64,000 nucleotides of DNA from a virus. The notes below the pieces were generated by a model, which did not search any database, was not told the origin of the DNA, and saw only the letters and a list, made by a program, of their open reading frames with translations. The translations under genes were made by a program, and so were the position numbers. Below, piece after piece: positions 9,905-18,820 of the stretch. Location: positions 1-64,000 of IMG/VR virus record IMGVR_UViG_3300021599_001992. One strand, given 5' to 3'. Each line of letters begins with the position of its first letter. The first letter of the stretch is position 1.

Positions 9905-10965
9905 GCTGTTTCTTTTTCTTTTAATTTTTCAATTCCTGATTTTATTGTTTCAAATCTTCTTGATTTAAAAGATTCAAATATTGACAAGATGTTATTTTTT
10001 GTTACTTCAGAATTGTAAGGTAAAAGTGTATCTTTCATTTTTTGTTTAACATCATCATTCAAATCAATTCCTTCAATCCATGCTAAAACAAATGTTCCTA
10101 AAATATCGACAAGTTTATCAATATCATATGTCCACATACCATTTTCAGATAACCAATCGGGTTCGGTATCTGGAATTTTTCCAACCACAGGGACACCACA
10201 TTTCATTGATTCAAGAGGAAACGTACCAAATGTTGACTCATCATCAACCCACAATGACACCATACATTCTGATAAATTTTTAGAAAATTCTTCATATGTC
10301 ATTTGTACCATATCTCTAAAAGTGATCCATCTTAGTTGAGGATATTTTAAATAAAACTCTGAAATTAATCTTCTATGTATATTTCTATCTCTACAAGATA
10401 TTGCAACATATGGTTTTTTTAATTTATCATTTGGTTGGAATATATCTTCTACCATTGGTGGGATGATATGAACTAAGCTTTCAGGAAAAATACTTAGAAT
10501 ATATTTTTTTGTTGCTTCTGTTGTGGTGATTGCTCTATCAAAACCATAATCACTCCATCTACTACCAATTGGTAAATTTTCAAAAATATAATCTTTTTGT
10601 TGTACTAACATTACTTTCATGCATTTCACATTGGAAAGTTGGTGTAAAACATTTGAATAATATTCAGGGACAACAAGAATGTCATCAATTCTAAGTTCTA
10701 CTTTATCATCTTTTATAGATAGTACCTCTAAATCTTGATACTTATCTCCTAACCATGATGATACACCTTGATAATTTTTATCTTCAACTAAAATTTTTGG
10801 GTTTTTACCATTTTGTTTTAGGTGTAGTGCCATATCGTAGATATGTTTTATTGATGCTCTCGGGTTTGATTTTGAATCGTATGTTAAAAAATAAATGGAG
10901 TTTTCATTATTTTCTAATCTTAATAACGATTCTTCTAATTTAATAATAGTTTCTTCTTTATTCAT
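9901..10965 (-). CDS. Glycosyltransferase, GT-B fold (GT4-like)
   Basis: ESTFGTFPLESMKCGVPVVG matches the GT4 E-x7-E signature; start probably at MNKEE. Confidence 0.75.
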   Translation of the reverse strand: MNKEETIIKLEESLLRLENNENSIYFLTYDSKSNPRASIKHIYDMALHLKQNGKNPKILVEDKNYQGVSSWLGDKYQDLEVLSIKDDKVELRIDDILVVPEYYSNVLHQLSNVKCMKVMLVQQKDYIFENLPIGSRWSDYGFDRAITTTEATKKYILSIFPESLVHIIPPMVEDIFQPNDKLKKPYVAISCRDRNIHRRLISEFYLKYPQLRWITFRDMVQMTYEEFSKNLSECMVSLWVDDESTFGTFPLESMKCGVPVVGKIPDTEPDWLSENGMWTYDIDKLVDILGTFVLAWIEGIDLNDDVKQKMKDTLLPYNSEVTKNNILSIFESFKSRRFETIKSGIEKLKEKETA

Positions 10966-11239
10966 TTTCTTCAATTAAAATTTCATATTTTATTAATGTG
11001 TTAAACGCAAATTTAAAAGATGTTGTAGTATCTTTTTGACCAAAAACTCCCATGTCTTCATCAGTTTCATCAAATTCATTTAAAAGTCTTTCTAAACACA
11101 TTTTGATTACTTCATACTTGAAGATATTGATTTCAGTTGTTTCTGACCCATCGTCTTCTTTTATTGTGTTTTCTGTTCTACATTTTTCGGTAATTCCATC
11201 AATGTCGATGTAATAGTACTTTCCGAAGATTTCAACCAT
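10958..11239 (-). CDS. Hypothetical protein
   Basis: 93-aa ORF overlapping its neighbours in the operon. Confidence 0.65.
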   Translation of the reverse strand: MVEIFGKYYYIDIDGITEKCRTENTIKEDDGSETTEINIFKYEVIKMCLERLLNEFDETDEDMGVFGQKDTTTSFKFAFNTLIKYEILIEENE

Positions 11240-11811
11240 ATTTCTTGTATTTCACTTAATTTAGTTATTTCTTTATTATGTTTAAAGTATTCGTTGTATG
11301 TTGTATTAAATTTTATAAACTCTTTATCACTTGGACATTTATCCAAGATTTTTTTATTATCGGAAATCCATAAATCACATTTTTTCCATTCATCGTCAAT
11401 TTTTTCTGAATAAATAAATTTTATATTACTACATAAACATCCATTTTTAGATAAAAAGAATAATGTACCAGGTTTTGATTTACCCCATTCATCCAATCCA
11501 ATTAATGTAAAATTGTGATTTTTATTTTCGTAAATTAATTTATTCAACTCAGTGAATGTATTAAAATAACTTAATCCGGCGTGACCAAATATCTCTATTG
11601 GGTATTCAATAAATAAAAAATTTTCAAACTCTTCTTTAGATTGAAATTTATAATAATCTAATAAATTATCATTTTGAACCGGTTCAACTTTACCGTATTC
11701 AAAATTGTTTTCGTCAATAAATTCAGAATTAATGAAATTATCATTATAGTGATAATCGAATTTTTGAATAATATTTCTCAATACTCCATCTATACTAATA
11801 TAAATTTCCAT
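11161..11811 (-). CDS. HAD-superfamily 5'(3')-nucleotidase-like protein (possibly degenerate)
   Basis: IYISIDGVLRN (DxDGV motif with first Asp replaced by Ser), DLWISDN, F.T.YN. Confidence 0.6.
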   Translation of the reverse strand: MEIYISIDGVLRNIIQKFDYHYNDNFINSEFIDENNFEYGKVEPVQNDNLLDYYKFQSKEEFENFLFIEYPIEIFGHAGLSYFNTFTELNKLIYENKNHNFTLIGLDEWGKSKPGTLFFLSKNGCLCSNIKFIYSEKIDDEWKKCDLWISDNKKILDKCPSDKEFIKFNTTYNEYFKHNKEITKLSEIQEIWLKSSESTITSTLMELPKNVEQKTQ

Positions 11812-11848
11812 ATTGAAAATATATGTGTAATATTGTTATAAGTAAACC

Positions 11849-12553
11849 CTATTCGTATCTTTCAAGTATTTTACCAATGATTGGGTTTCTCACAATGTCT
11901 TCGTTTCCAAATTCAAAGATCCCAACACCATATAAATTTTCTAATCTTTTTTTGGCGTCGTATAATCCTGATTTGGTTTTATCTTTGTATTTGTCTGATT
12001 GTTCTAAATCTCCTGATAAGAAAAATTTTGAATTAAAACCAATTCTTGTAAGTAATAATTTAATTTGAGCGGGAGTTGCGTTTTGTGCTTCTTCAAATAC
12101 AAGAATAGTGTTATCAACATTCCAACCTCTCATATAAGCAAGTGCGGCAATTTCAATGAATCCTTCATCTTTTAATCTTTCTCTTGATTCTTTACCAATA
12201 ATCTTATTTAATAGATAATAAGAAGGATAGATATATGGATCTAACTTTTCTTCAAGACCACCAGGTAATGAACCTAATTTTTCTTCAGCTTCAACCGCCG
12301 GTCTAACTATGATAATTTTTTCATATTTGTTATTTTCGTCCCATAGTAAATCTATGGCTCTTTTCATAGCAATATATGATTTACCGACTCCCGCAGGTCC
12401 AAAACACAAGGTTATTTGATTTTCACCTAATATTCTCCAATACTCTTCTTGTGATTTTGTGAGAAATTTTTCTTTTGGTTTTTTTATTATTTCTCTAATT
12501 CTTTGCTTGTTAGTTGTTTTCTTCTCCTCTACAATTTTTACCTTCTGTCTCAA
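11849..12553 (-). CDS. phoH: PhoH-like ATPase
   Basis: GPAGVGKS, RPAVEA, LPG, YMRG, EEAQN, LLTRIG, GD..QSD, DIVRN. Confidence 0.95.
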   Translation of the reverse strand: MRQKVKIVEEKKTTNKQRIREIIKKPKEKFLTKSQEEYWRILGENQITLCFGPAGVGKSYIAMKRAIDLLWDENNKYEKIIIVRPAVEAEEKLGSLPGGLEEKLDPYIYPSYYLLNKIIGKESRERLKDEGFIEIAALAYMRGWNVDNTILVFEEAQNATPAQIKLLLTRIGFNSKFFLSGDLEQSDKYKDKTKSGLYDAKKRLENLYGVGIFEFGNEDIVRNPIIGKILERYE

Positions 12554-12592
12554 AATTTATATTTAAAATTACGTTTATTTATATAAATATAA

Positions 12593-13207
12593 TTACTTAC
12601 CAGTTGACCCAAATCCACCAACACCTCTATCGGTTTCAGAAAGATTTGTCGATTCCACAAAATTAACTCGTGGATATGGTATAATCATAATCTGTGCAAC
12701 TCGATCACCTACTTTATAATCCATTTCATCAATTCTAATATCATTTTTTCCGTACACCTTTTTAAACGTTGCTTGTAATTCACCTCTATATCCACTATCA
12801 ACCACACCCACACAATTTGTTAAACTCAAATCAGTTTTTCTAATAGATGAACGAGGAAAAATTAATCCAACAAATCCTTCTGGTATTTCTAAAGCAACAC
12901 CTAACCCATAGGTTATATCAAATGTGGTATTAGATATAATTGACGTTGCAACTAAATCCATTCCAGCGTCACCTGGTTTTGCGTATGTAGGAATTACAGC
13001 ATTATCATGTAGTTTTTTAATTTTAACATTAATTAAAAAATTAGATGATTGAGTATTGTTAACATTTATTTCCTGATTCAACTTTTTCAATAAATTATCG
13101 ATGTCATTAATAAATTCTACATCTAATTCATCGTCATCATCTTCATTTAGATTTTTTTCAATCTCTTGTAATTTTTTCAAGTAGTTTTGAAATTCAGCTT
13201 GATCCAT
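12593..13207 (-). CDS. dut: Trimeric dUTPase with acidic N-terminal extension
   Basis: AGMDL, PRSS, GVVDSGYRGE, RVAQ, RGVGGFGSTG. Confidence 0.95.
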   Translation of the reverse strand: MDQAEFQNYLKKLQEIEKNLNEDDDDELDVEFINDIDNLLKKLNQEINVNNTQSSNFLINVKIKKLHDNAVIPTYAKPGDAGMDLVATSIISNTTFDITYGLGVALEIPEGFVGLIFPRSSIRKTDLSLTNCVGVVDSGYRGELQATFKKVYGKNDIRIDEMDYKVGDRVAQIMIIPYPRVNFVESTNLSETDRGVGGFGSTGK

Positions 13208-13424
13208 TTTTTAAATTTATTTTTTCATTAATCCAAAGATCTAATTTTTTAATTCTATCTTTTAGATCGTTATCTATTGGTCTAAGACAACATTCAACAA
13301 ATACATCTGTTATTCGTTGTAGTTCTTCAACCGTAATTGTAACACCTCTTTGGGACACATACTCCAAAGCAAGTTTACTTTGAGACTGTCTTAATATTTG
13401 TATGTCTCTACTGAAAAATTCCAT
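13194..13424 (-). CDS. Hypothetical protein
   Basis: 76-aa ORF with coupled overlaps. Confidence 0.65.
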   Translation of the reverse strand: MEFFSRDIQILRQSQSKLALEYVSQRGVTITVEELQRITDVFVECCLRPIDNDLKDRIKKLDLWINEKINLKNGSS

Positions 13425-13654
13425 TATTTGTAATATTCAGGTGTGTTTTTGTTGTCTATGATACATTCGATCGGCATTTTAACAATCGAAATACTTTCAC
13501 TTGATCTTATGTCTCCTGAACGATATTTCGATGCAACAATAGTTGCCTCTTCTACTGTTTCTGCTTCAACAATATATTTCAATTTTTGAAGTCTTGGGTT
13601 ACCATTTCTGTCCATTTGTTCAGTTTCATAACCGATTGTTACTAAGTAATGCAT
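13424..13654 (-). CDS. DUF4494-like small protein
   Basis: Y.V.I.YE....NG....K.KYIVEA.TVEEA resembles the Bacteroidota DUF4494 pattern (from recollection). Confidence 0.55.
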   Translation of the reverse strand: MHYLVTIGYETEQMDRNGNPRLQKLKYIVEAETVEEATIVASKYRSGDIRSSESISIVKMPIECIIDNKNTPEYYK

Positions 13655-13665
13655 AATTTTTGTTT

Positions 13666-14892
13666 TTATTTTTTAATTATTGATTTGAAAAATTCTACTC
13701 TGTCTTTACAAACTTTTTTTAATGAATATTTGTCTTTTACTGTTTCATATAATCTATTTCCCATATCCTCTATCATATTAGGGTTTTCAATTAATTTTTT
13801 CATTAATTTTGCCCAATCTTTGTGATTTCTATTAGGTGAAACTAACAACGCGTTTCCTTTTGAATTAAATTTACCATTATCTAAAATGTTTACTAAATCT
13901 AAAGTATATGGTTGAACTTCACTTGCGATAATAGCCTTTTTATGGAATCCCGCTTCAATTGCCTTTAATTGTGATTTATTTGAATTAAAAACTGAATCGA
14001 TAAGAGGTGCCAATGACACATCAAAATAATTATAATTTAACGCATATTTGTTAATGTCTTGTGTCCATCTTCTTACATATGGTTTGTCTTTATCTTGATA
14101 TTCTATTTGTACAAAGTTATTTAAAAATTTTGAATATTCTTCATCTAAAACTTTATAATCATCAGTAAACATCTGTTCGTATCTGTACCAAACTGTTTCT
14201 GTGGGTTTTAAGTCTCTTCGATTAATTTTTCCTGTTGTTTGATCAATCTCAGTCATAGTACCTCTAAGATCAAATCCACATAGTACAAATTGTACTTTAT
14301 TTTTATACGAATTATGAATTGAGGAGATTCCGTTTTTCATTAACTCTATATCATGTAAGTGAGAAGATCCTCCTAACCATCCGAATCTAATTTTTTCGCT
14401 TGGTAATGGATTTGGTTTAAATTGATTTTCTTCTTCATTTATTGAGTTTGGAAAAATTGCAATCTTATCAATTTTTAATTTATCTTTTATTGTTTTTTGG
14501 AAAATCGGAGTAGTTGTTGTAACATAGTCAACAAGTTTCATCATCTCAATTTTCTTTTCTGCGATTTTTGCGGTTTTAACTTGCACGTACATTGGATGTC
14601 TTTGATCTACTGTCCAAAAATCATCAATGTCCATAACAGTAACAATGCCTTGTTTTTTCAACCAATTAATTCTATCGATATTTTCTTCATGTGTGTTAGA
14701 ATGAATGAAACTGTGAAAAACTACAATATCGTAATTTTTAAAAACGTCATCATTATTTGGGACATCGAATTGGATATCAACATGAACATCTTCGGTGTAG
14801 TTTTCACCAATAAATGTAAAAGGATCTAATATTCTATATTTACCAACACCATGTTTATCTGAAGGTATTGCAAGTATTCTTATCTTTGACAT
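13666..14892 (-). CDS. Glycosyltransferase, GT-B fold
   Basis: G.GKYRI..P, MDIDD, GWLGGSSH..D, DVSLAPL..FN..KSQLK.IEAG. Confidence 0.85.
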   Translation of the reverse strand: MSKIRILAIPSDKHGVGKYRILDPFTFIGENYTEDVHVDIQFDVPNNDDVFKNYDIVVFHSFIHSNTHEENIDRINWLKKQGIVTVMDIDDFWTVDQRHPMYVQVKTAKIAEKKIEMMKLVDYVTTTTPIFQKTIKDKLKIDKIAIFPNSINEEENQFKPNPLPSEKIRFGWLGGSSHLHDIELMKNGISSIHNSYKNKVQFVLCGFDLRGTMTEIDQTTGKINRRDLKPTETVWYRYEQMFTDDYKVLDEEYSKFLNNFVQIEYQDKDKPYVRRWTQDINKYALNYNYFDVSLAPLIDSVFNSNKSQLKAIEAGFHKKAIIASEVQPYTLDLVNILDNGKFNSKGNALLVSPNRNHKDWAKLMKKLIENPNMIEDMGNRLYETVKDKYSLKKVCKDRVEFFKSIIKK

Positions 14893-14942
14893 TATAATAT
14901 TTTATATGATAAAATATAGAAAAAAAAATTAAGAAAACAAAA

Positions 14943-15770
14943 TCAAATCGATTTATTTGCCATACAGATTCCTGATTCGGAATGTAAATTATAACCCTTG
15001 TTAATCAAGTAATTATAAACAGATGATTTCTCATCATCTAATAAATTAAAATCTTCGAATATTATAAAATTTGGTAGGTGTTTACTACTTAATATAAGTT
15101 TTGCATCCAAACCTTCAACGTCTAAATGTAACCAATTGATGTCGTTTGTGAGTAATTCATTTATACTTATAGATTCTTTTTTCGTCGAGTATATTTTTTC
15201 AGTTTCCCAATTTTTTATAACTCTTTCTACAATTGAATTAGTATATCCCCGTCCTCCTTCAAAAAATTCAACACTTCCTCCATTTGGAGTAATGATGGAA
15301 TTAATTAATTTGATTCCATCTTTTCCGTCATAATTATATTTTAATTTATCGTATTGTTTTTCACTACCTTCAACTAATATCATATCAGACATATAGTTTC
15401 TAACTAAAGGTACCCACTCACCAAATTCACCATCGTGTGTGCCAATAACCAAACCTTTAGGTTTAATATTGTTATTGATTAATTTTTTACAATATAACCA
15501 TAATGACTTATAAAAAATTGATCCGTGTTGCATAATATCCCAATAGTATTGGTATATGAACTTTCCAAATTTATCTTTAACAACAACATCATTAATTTCA
15601 GATTCAGGATATTGTGCCCACATATTACTATTTAACTCAACGGACCATACGATATTTTTTGATACTACATTTTTAATTTCAAATTTTAATGGTAATTGAT
15701 CTACTGTGAATATTTTTGAAAGATCACCTGTTGTAATTTTAATATCCTTATCGTACTTAATATCAATCAT
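14943..15770 (-). CDS. FkbM-family SAM-dependent methyltransferase
   Basis: VIGTHDG motif I, ILVEG, LHLDVEG.D, FE. Confidence 0.75.
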   Translation of the reverse strand: MIDIKYDKDIKITTGDLSKIFTVDQLPLKFEIKNVVSKNIVWSVELNSNMWAQYPESEINDVVVKDKFGKFIYQYYWDIMQHGSIFYKSLWLYCKKLINNNIKPKGLVIGTHDGEFGEWVPLVRNYMSDMILVEGSEKQYDKLKYNYDGKDGIKLINSIITPNGGSVEFFEGGRGYTNSIVERVIKNWETEKIYSTKKESISINELLTNDINWLHLDVEGLDAKLILSSKHLPNFIIFEDFNLLDDEKSSVYNYLINKGYNLHSESGICMANKSI

Positions 15771-16315
15771 AAATGCTTGTCAATAAAAATATCTATATTA
15801 TTTGACCATAAAGTTTTTGCCTCTGTTTTAATTCTATCCTCGGTCCAATCCCACCATGCTATTTTTAATAATGATTCAATTTGTTTTGGATTGAATCTAT
15901 ATTTTACAATTTTTGCGGGATTACCAACAACAATTGAATATGGAGGAACATCTTTAGTCACTATTGATCCTGTTCCAATAACTGATCCATTATGAATTTT
16001 AACACCAGACATAATTGTCGATTTTGCACCAATCCAAACATCATTTTCAATGATAATATCACCTTTACATGTTGGATGACCCATTTGCATGTGTATGTCC
16101 GCGATTTCAGGTGTAACGGGTCCCCACAATTGAGAGCTTGTTGTAATCCAATCTACTCTATGGTTTGCATGTAAAAAAAAATTACAATCTCTACCTATGG
16201 AATTATATTTTCCTATATAAACATGATAATCATCACTCCAAGAAATTATATTTACATTTCTATCGAAGTAAGTCCCTCTATCTGCATGCCAAAGATGAAT
16301 ATTTTCAATACTCAT
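15767..16315 (-). CDS. Hexapeptide-repeat O-acetyltransferase (CatB/Vat XAT-like)
   Basis: KGDIIIENDVWIG, VTKDVPPYSIVVGNPAK..KYRF, LLKIAWWDW. Confidence 0.88.
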   Translation of the reverse strand: MSIENIHLWHADRGTYFDRNVNIISWSDDYHVYIGKYNSIGRDCNFFLHANHRVDWITTSSQLWGPVTPEIADIHMQMGHPTCKGDIIIENDVWIGAKSTIMSGVKIHNGSVIGTGSIVTKDVPPYSIVVGNPAKIVKYRFNPKQIESLLKIAWWDWTEDRIKTEAKTLWSNNIDIFIDKHL

Positions 16316-16318
16316 AAA

Positions 16319-16888
16319 CTATTTCGCCTTGTTAACTCCGGTGATCTTTCCTTTAAAAATAGAATCTCCGACCTTGAGTACAAGATTTTCGTTTATAGTT
16401 GCTGTTTGTTGTGCTGTGAGTATTTGATTTAATTTTTCGTCTAAAACTTTTCTAACAGTATTTTCTATCATTACCGCAATAGAATTCATATCTATACCAT
16501 TAGATATGTTTTGTGTTTGTTTTTTTTGTGTACCCTTTGTGACAATACCCTCTTGCTCCATTAATCGTTTTGCACCTTTGACAACTTCCATATCTAAAGT
16601 ATCATTCAAAGATATTGTGGGTATAGGATTTTCAATCATTGCCCTTTTAATTGCATCAGGCAATTTTGAATTTTGAATTTTTGATGTATTGATTGGCATT
16701 GGAGACTTTACTGTTTGAGTTTGTAAAGTAGAAATGTCAATTTCTTCAGGTGAAGATTTAATTATCGATTCGTTTACATTTCCTCTTTCAAAATTTCCCG
16801 AATCAACAACATTCATAACCTTTTTAGCTTGTACGAGTCTTGACATTAAATCATTTTGACTTATAACTCCTTTACCTTGTTGTGACAT
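16319..16888 (-). CDS. Hypothetical late protein
   Basis: SKLPDAIKRAMIENPI motif; TATTTATT 3 nt before the ATG. Confidence 0.65.
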   Translation of the reverse strand: MSQQGKGVISQNDLMSRLVQAKKVMNVVDSGNFERGNVNESIIKSSPEEIDISTLQTQTVKSPMPINTSKIQNSKLPDAIKRAMIENPIPTISLNDTLDMEVVKGAKRLMEQEGIVTKGTQKKQTQNISNGIDMNSIAVMIENTVRKVLDEKLNQILTAQQTATINENLVLKVGDSIFKGKITGVNKAK

Positions 16889-16921
16889 AATAATAAATAT
16901 TTTAAATAATAATAACGTTTT

Positions 16922-17683
16922 TTAAAAAAACATTAAAGTTTTAATTCTTTTGATGGATTCTTGAAGATTTTTATTTTCTTCTTCGTCTTCTTCAGGATTT
17001 ACTGGTGGTTTTTCCTGTGGTTTTGGTTCTGGTAATTCTTTTTCTTTGTTAGAAATCTCATCACCCTCGATATCTTTTGTTGGTTCTTGATCTGGTTTTT
17101 CCTGTGGTTTTGGTTCTGGTAATTTTTCTACCTCAGGTTTTTCAGGTTCTTTTTTTGTTATTGGTTCTGGTTTAACAGTTTCGGGTTTTTTAGGTTCAGG
17201 TTTTGTAATCTCAGGTTCCGTTGGAGTTGGTTGAGGTTTTTTCTTTTTCTCTATGTCTTTTTTATCTTTGAATGATGTCTGTACATATACAGGATTCATT
17301 TTAGAATCACCATCTTCCCTATAACCCGGTCTTTTTTCAAAGGTTTCATCTGATATCGTCAAATTTTTCATTCTACTTAGAATGAATGTTCTCCAATTAC
17401 CTTTTTGAAATCCTGATTTGGTTACTGAACCCGAATTTGAATCAACCCACGCTCTTAATATTAGTTTACCTTTGGAACTAACCCCCATGGCAACAGGTTC
17501 TACATTAAATCTTTTTCCTTGTTTTACACTATCTTTTTTCGGTTTTCTTGGGCCAGTATAAAAAAATGTAATTTTGTTTCTATTTCTAATTGCGTCAACA
17601 ATAGGTTTATTTGCCGTTGTTTTTAAAATAGCAGGATCTGTTTGTTCTGAAACAATATTTGTTATAATTTCTAAAAATCTCAT
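16922..17683 (-). CDS. WYL-domain protein with Pro/Glu/Lys-rich tail
   Basis: AIRNRNKITFFY..R..VEP..G....LRAW..WRTFILSRM WYL pattern; disordered PEPK tail. Confidence 0.8.
   Translation of the reverse strand: MRFLEIITNIVSEQTDPAILKTTANKPIVDAIRNRNKITFFYTGPRKPKKDSVKQGKRFNVEPVAMGVSSKGKLILRAWVDSNSGSVTKSGFQKGNWRTFILSRMKNLTISDETFEKRPGYREDGDSKMNPVYVQTSFKDKKDIEKKKKPQPTPTEPEITKPEPKKPETVKPEPITKKEPEKPEVEKLPEPKPQEKPDQEPTKDIEGDEISNKEKELPEPKPQEKPPVNPEEDEEENKNLQESIKRIKTLMFF
17007..17124. repeat. 31-bp direct repeat (two copies) encoding LPEPKPQEKP
   Basis: ggtttttcctgtggttttggttctggtaatt at 17007-17037 and 17094-17124. Confidence 0.85.
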
Positions 17684-18345
17684 TTTGTTGGGAAGTCGGG
17701 ATATGTTTTATTAGAATTGTATTTCACATTCACTTTAGTATTACTTGTTCTCTCATTCACATCTGTTTTACTACCCGCAGAATAATTATAAACATCTAAA
17801 AATTTACCTGTTCCTTTTCCTTTGTCATCACCATTACCTCTTGCATTAGGGTGTTCTGTTGAATATGAATTATCTGATTTGTAGGTATTTTTAACAATAT
17901 TTTCATTTCTTTTTTGAATATCTGTTAATGTTCCAATTTTACCGTTAACATCACCTCTACCCTTTTCATCATCATTTGATAATGCATTTGGATGTTCTGA
18001 TCCATATTTGTTATTTGATTTATAAATGTTTTTGGCAAGTAACTCTGTTCTTTTTTTAACATCAGTTGAGTTACCAATTTCATTTTTTCCTTTTTCATCA
18101 CCATCAGAATTCGCATTAGGATGTTCGGTACCATATTGATTTTTTTCTCCGTACATATTTTTTGTAACATTATCTGTTCGAGATAAAATATCAACTGAAC
18201 TTCCTATTTCATTTTTTCCTTTTTCATCACCATCCGAATTTGCATTAGGATGTGAACTATCGTAATTTTGTTTCTCGTTATAAACATTTCTTGCAACAAG
18301 TTCTTGTCTAAATTTATCGGATATTAAATCGATTTGTGATGGCAT
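17680..18345 (-). CDS. Tandem-repeat protein with four copies of R....KN.Y....Y...HPNA.S.GDEKGK
   Basis: About 43-47-aa period; near-identical DNA copies at about 18077-18124 and 18206-18253. Confidence 0.8.
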   Translation of the reverse strand: MPSQIDLISDKFRQELVARNVYNEKQNYDSSHPNANSDGDEKGKNEIGSSVDILSRTDNVTKNMYGEKNQYGTEHPNANSDGDEKGKNEIGNSTDVKKRTELLAKNIYKSNNKYGSEHPNALSNDDEKGRGDVNGKIGTLTDIQKRNENIVKNTYKSDNSYSTEHPNARGNGDDKGKGTGKFLDVYNYSAGSKTDVNERTSNTKVNVKYNSNKTYPDFPTK

Positions 18346-18346
18346 T

Positions 18347-18820
18347 TTACATTAATTTTTTTATTCGTTCAATTTCTTCAAATAATTTTAAAGAAGTTGA
18401 AAATTTATTAGAGTTATTTTTCATACTCATATCAGGTAAAAATGAGGGTTTTTTTCTATGTTTTGAAAGGTGACTATTTTTTCTACTTCCTTCCCCCGCA
18501 ATTTCATCTGCTCTTTTTTTTGAATCTTTTCTGTTACTTATTAATTCTCTTTCACCATCTAAAAATTGTTTACCCCATTTTAACATTTCATGTCCTCCCG
18601 CTAAATCGTATTTCACTCTATTAACAGAAGTATCCATATTTTGTAAATCGTGTATTATTCTTTTTAATTTACCATATTTGACTTTTTTATCCGCCAAAAG
18701 TTTTTCAGCTCTTTTGGTGCCATTATGACTTTCACCATTTAAACCAACTAATGTATGATTTATTTTATCAAGTATATTTTGTGGTATATCAAATTCTCTA
18801 TGTCTTAATTCTCTATTCAT
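18347..18820 (-). CDS. Hypothetical basic protein
   Basis: LKRI..AGG..ML.W core; ends LFEEIERIKKLM. Confidence 0.65.
   Translation of the reverse strand: MNRELRHREFDIPQNILDKINHTLVGLNGESHNGTKRAEKLLADKKVKYGKLKRIIHDLQNMDTSVNRVKYDLAGGHEMLKWGKQFLDGERELISNRKDSKKRADEIAGEGSRKNSHLSKHRKKPSFLPDMSMKNNSNKFSTSLKLFEEIERIKKLM

Noticed and set aside
17880-18260. CRISPR-like or DGR-like repeat pair
   Set aside because: The repeats are in-frame protein repeats with synonymous differences; no cas or reverse transcriptase gene is nearby.
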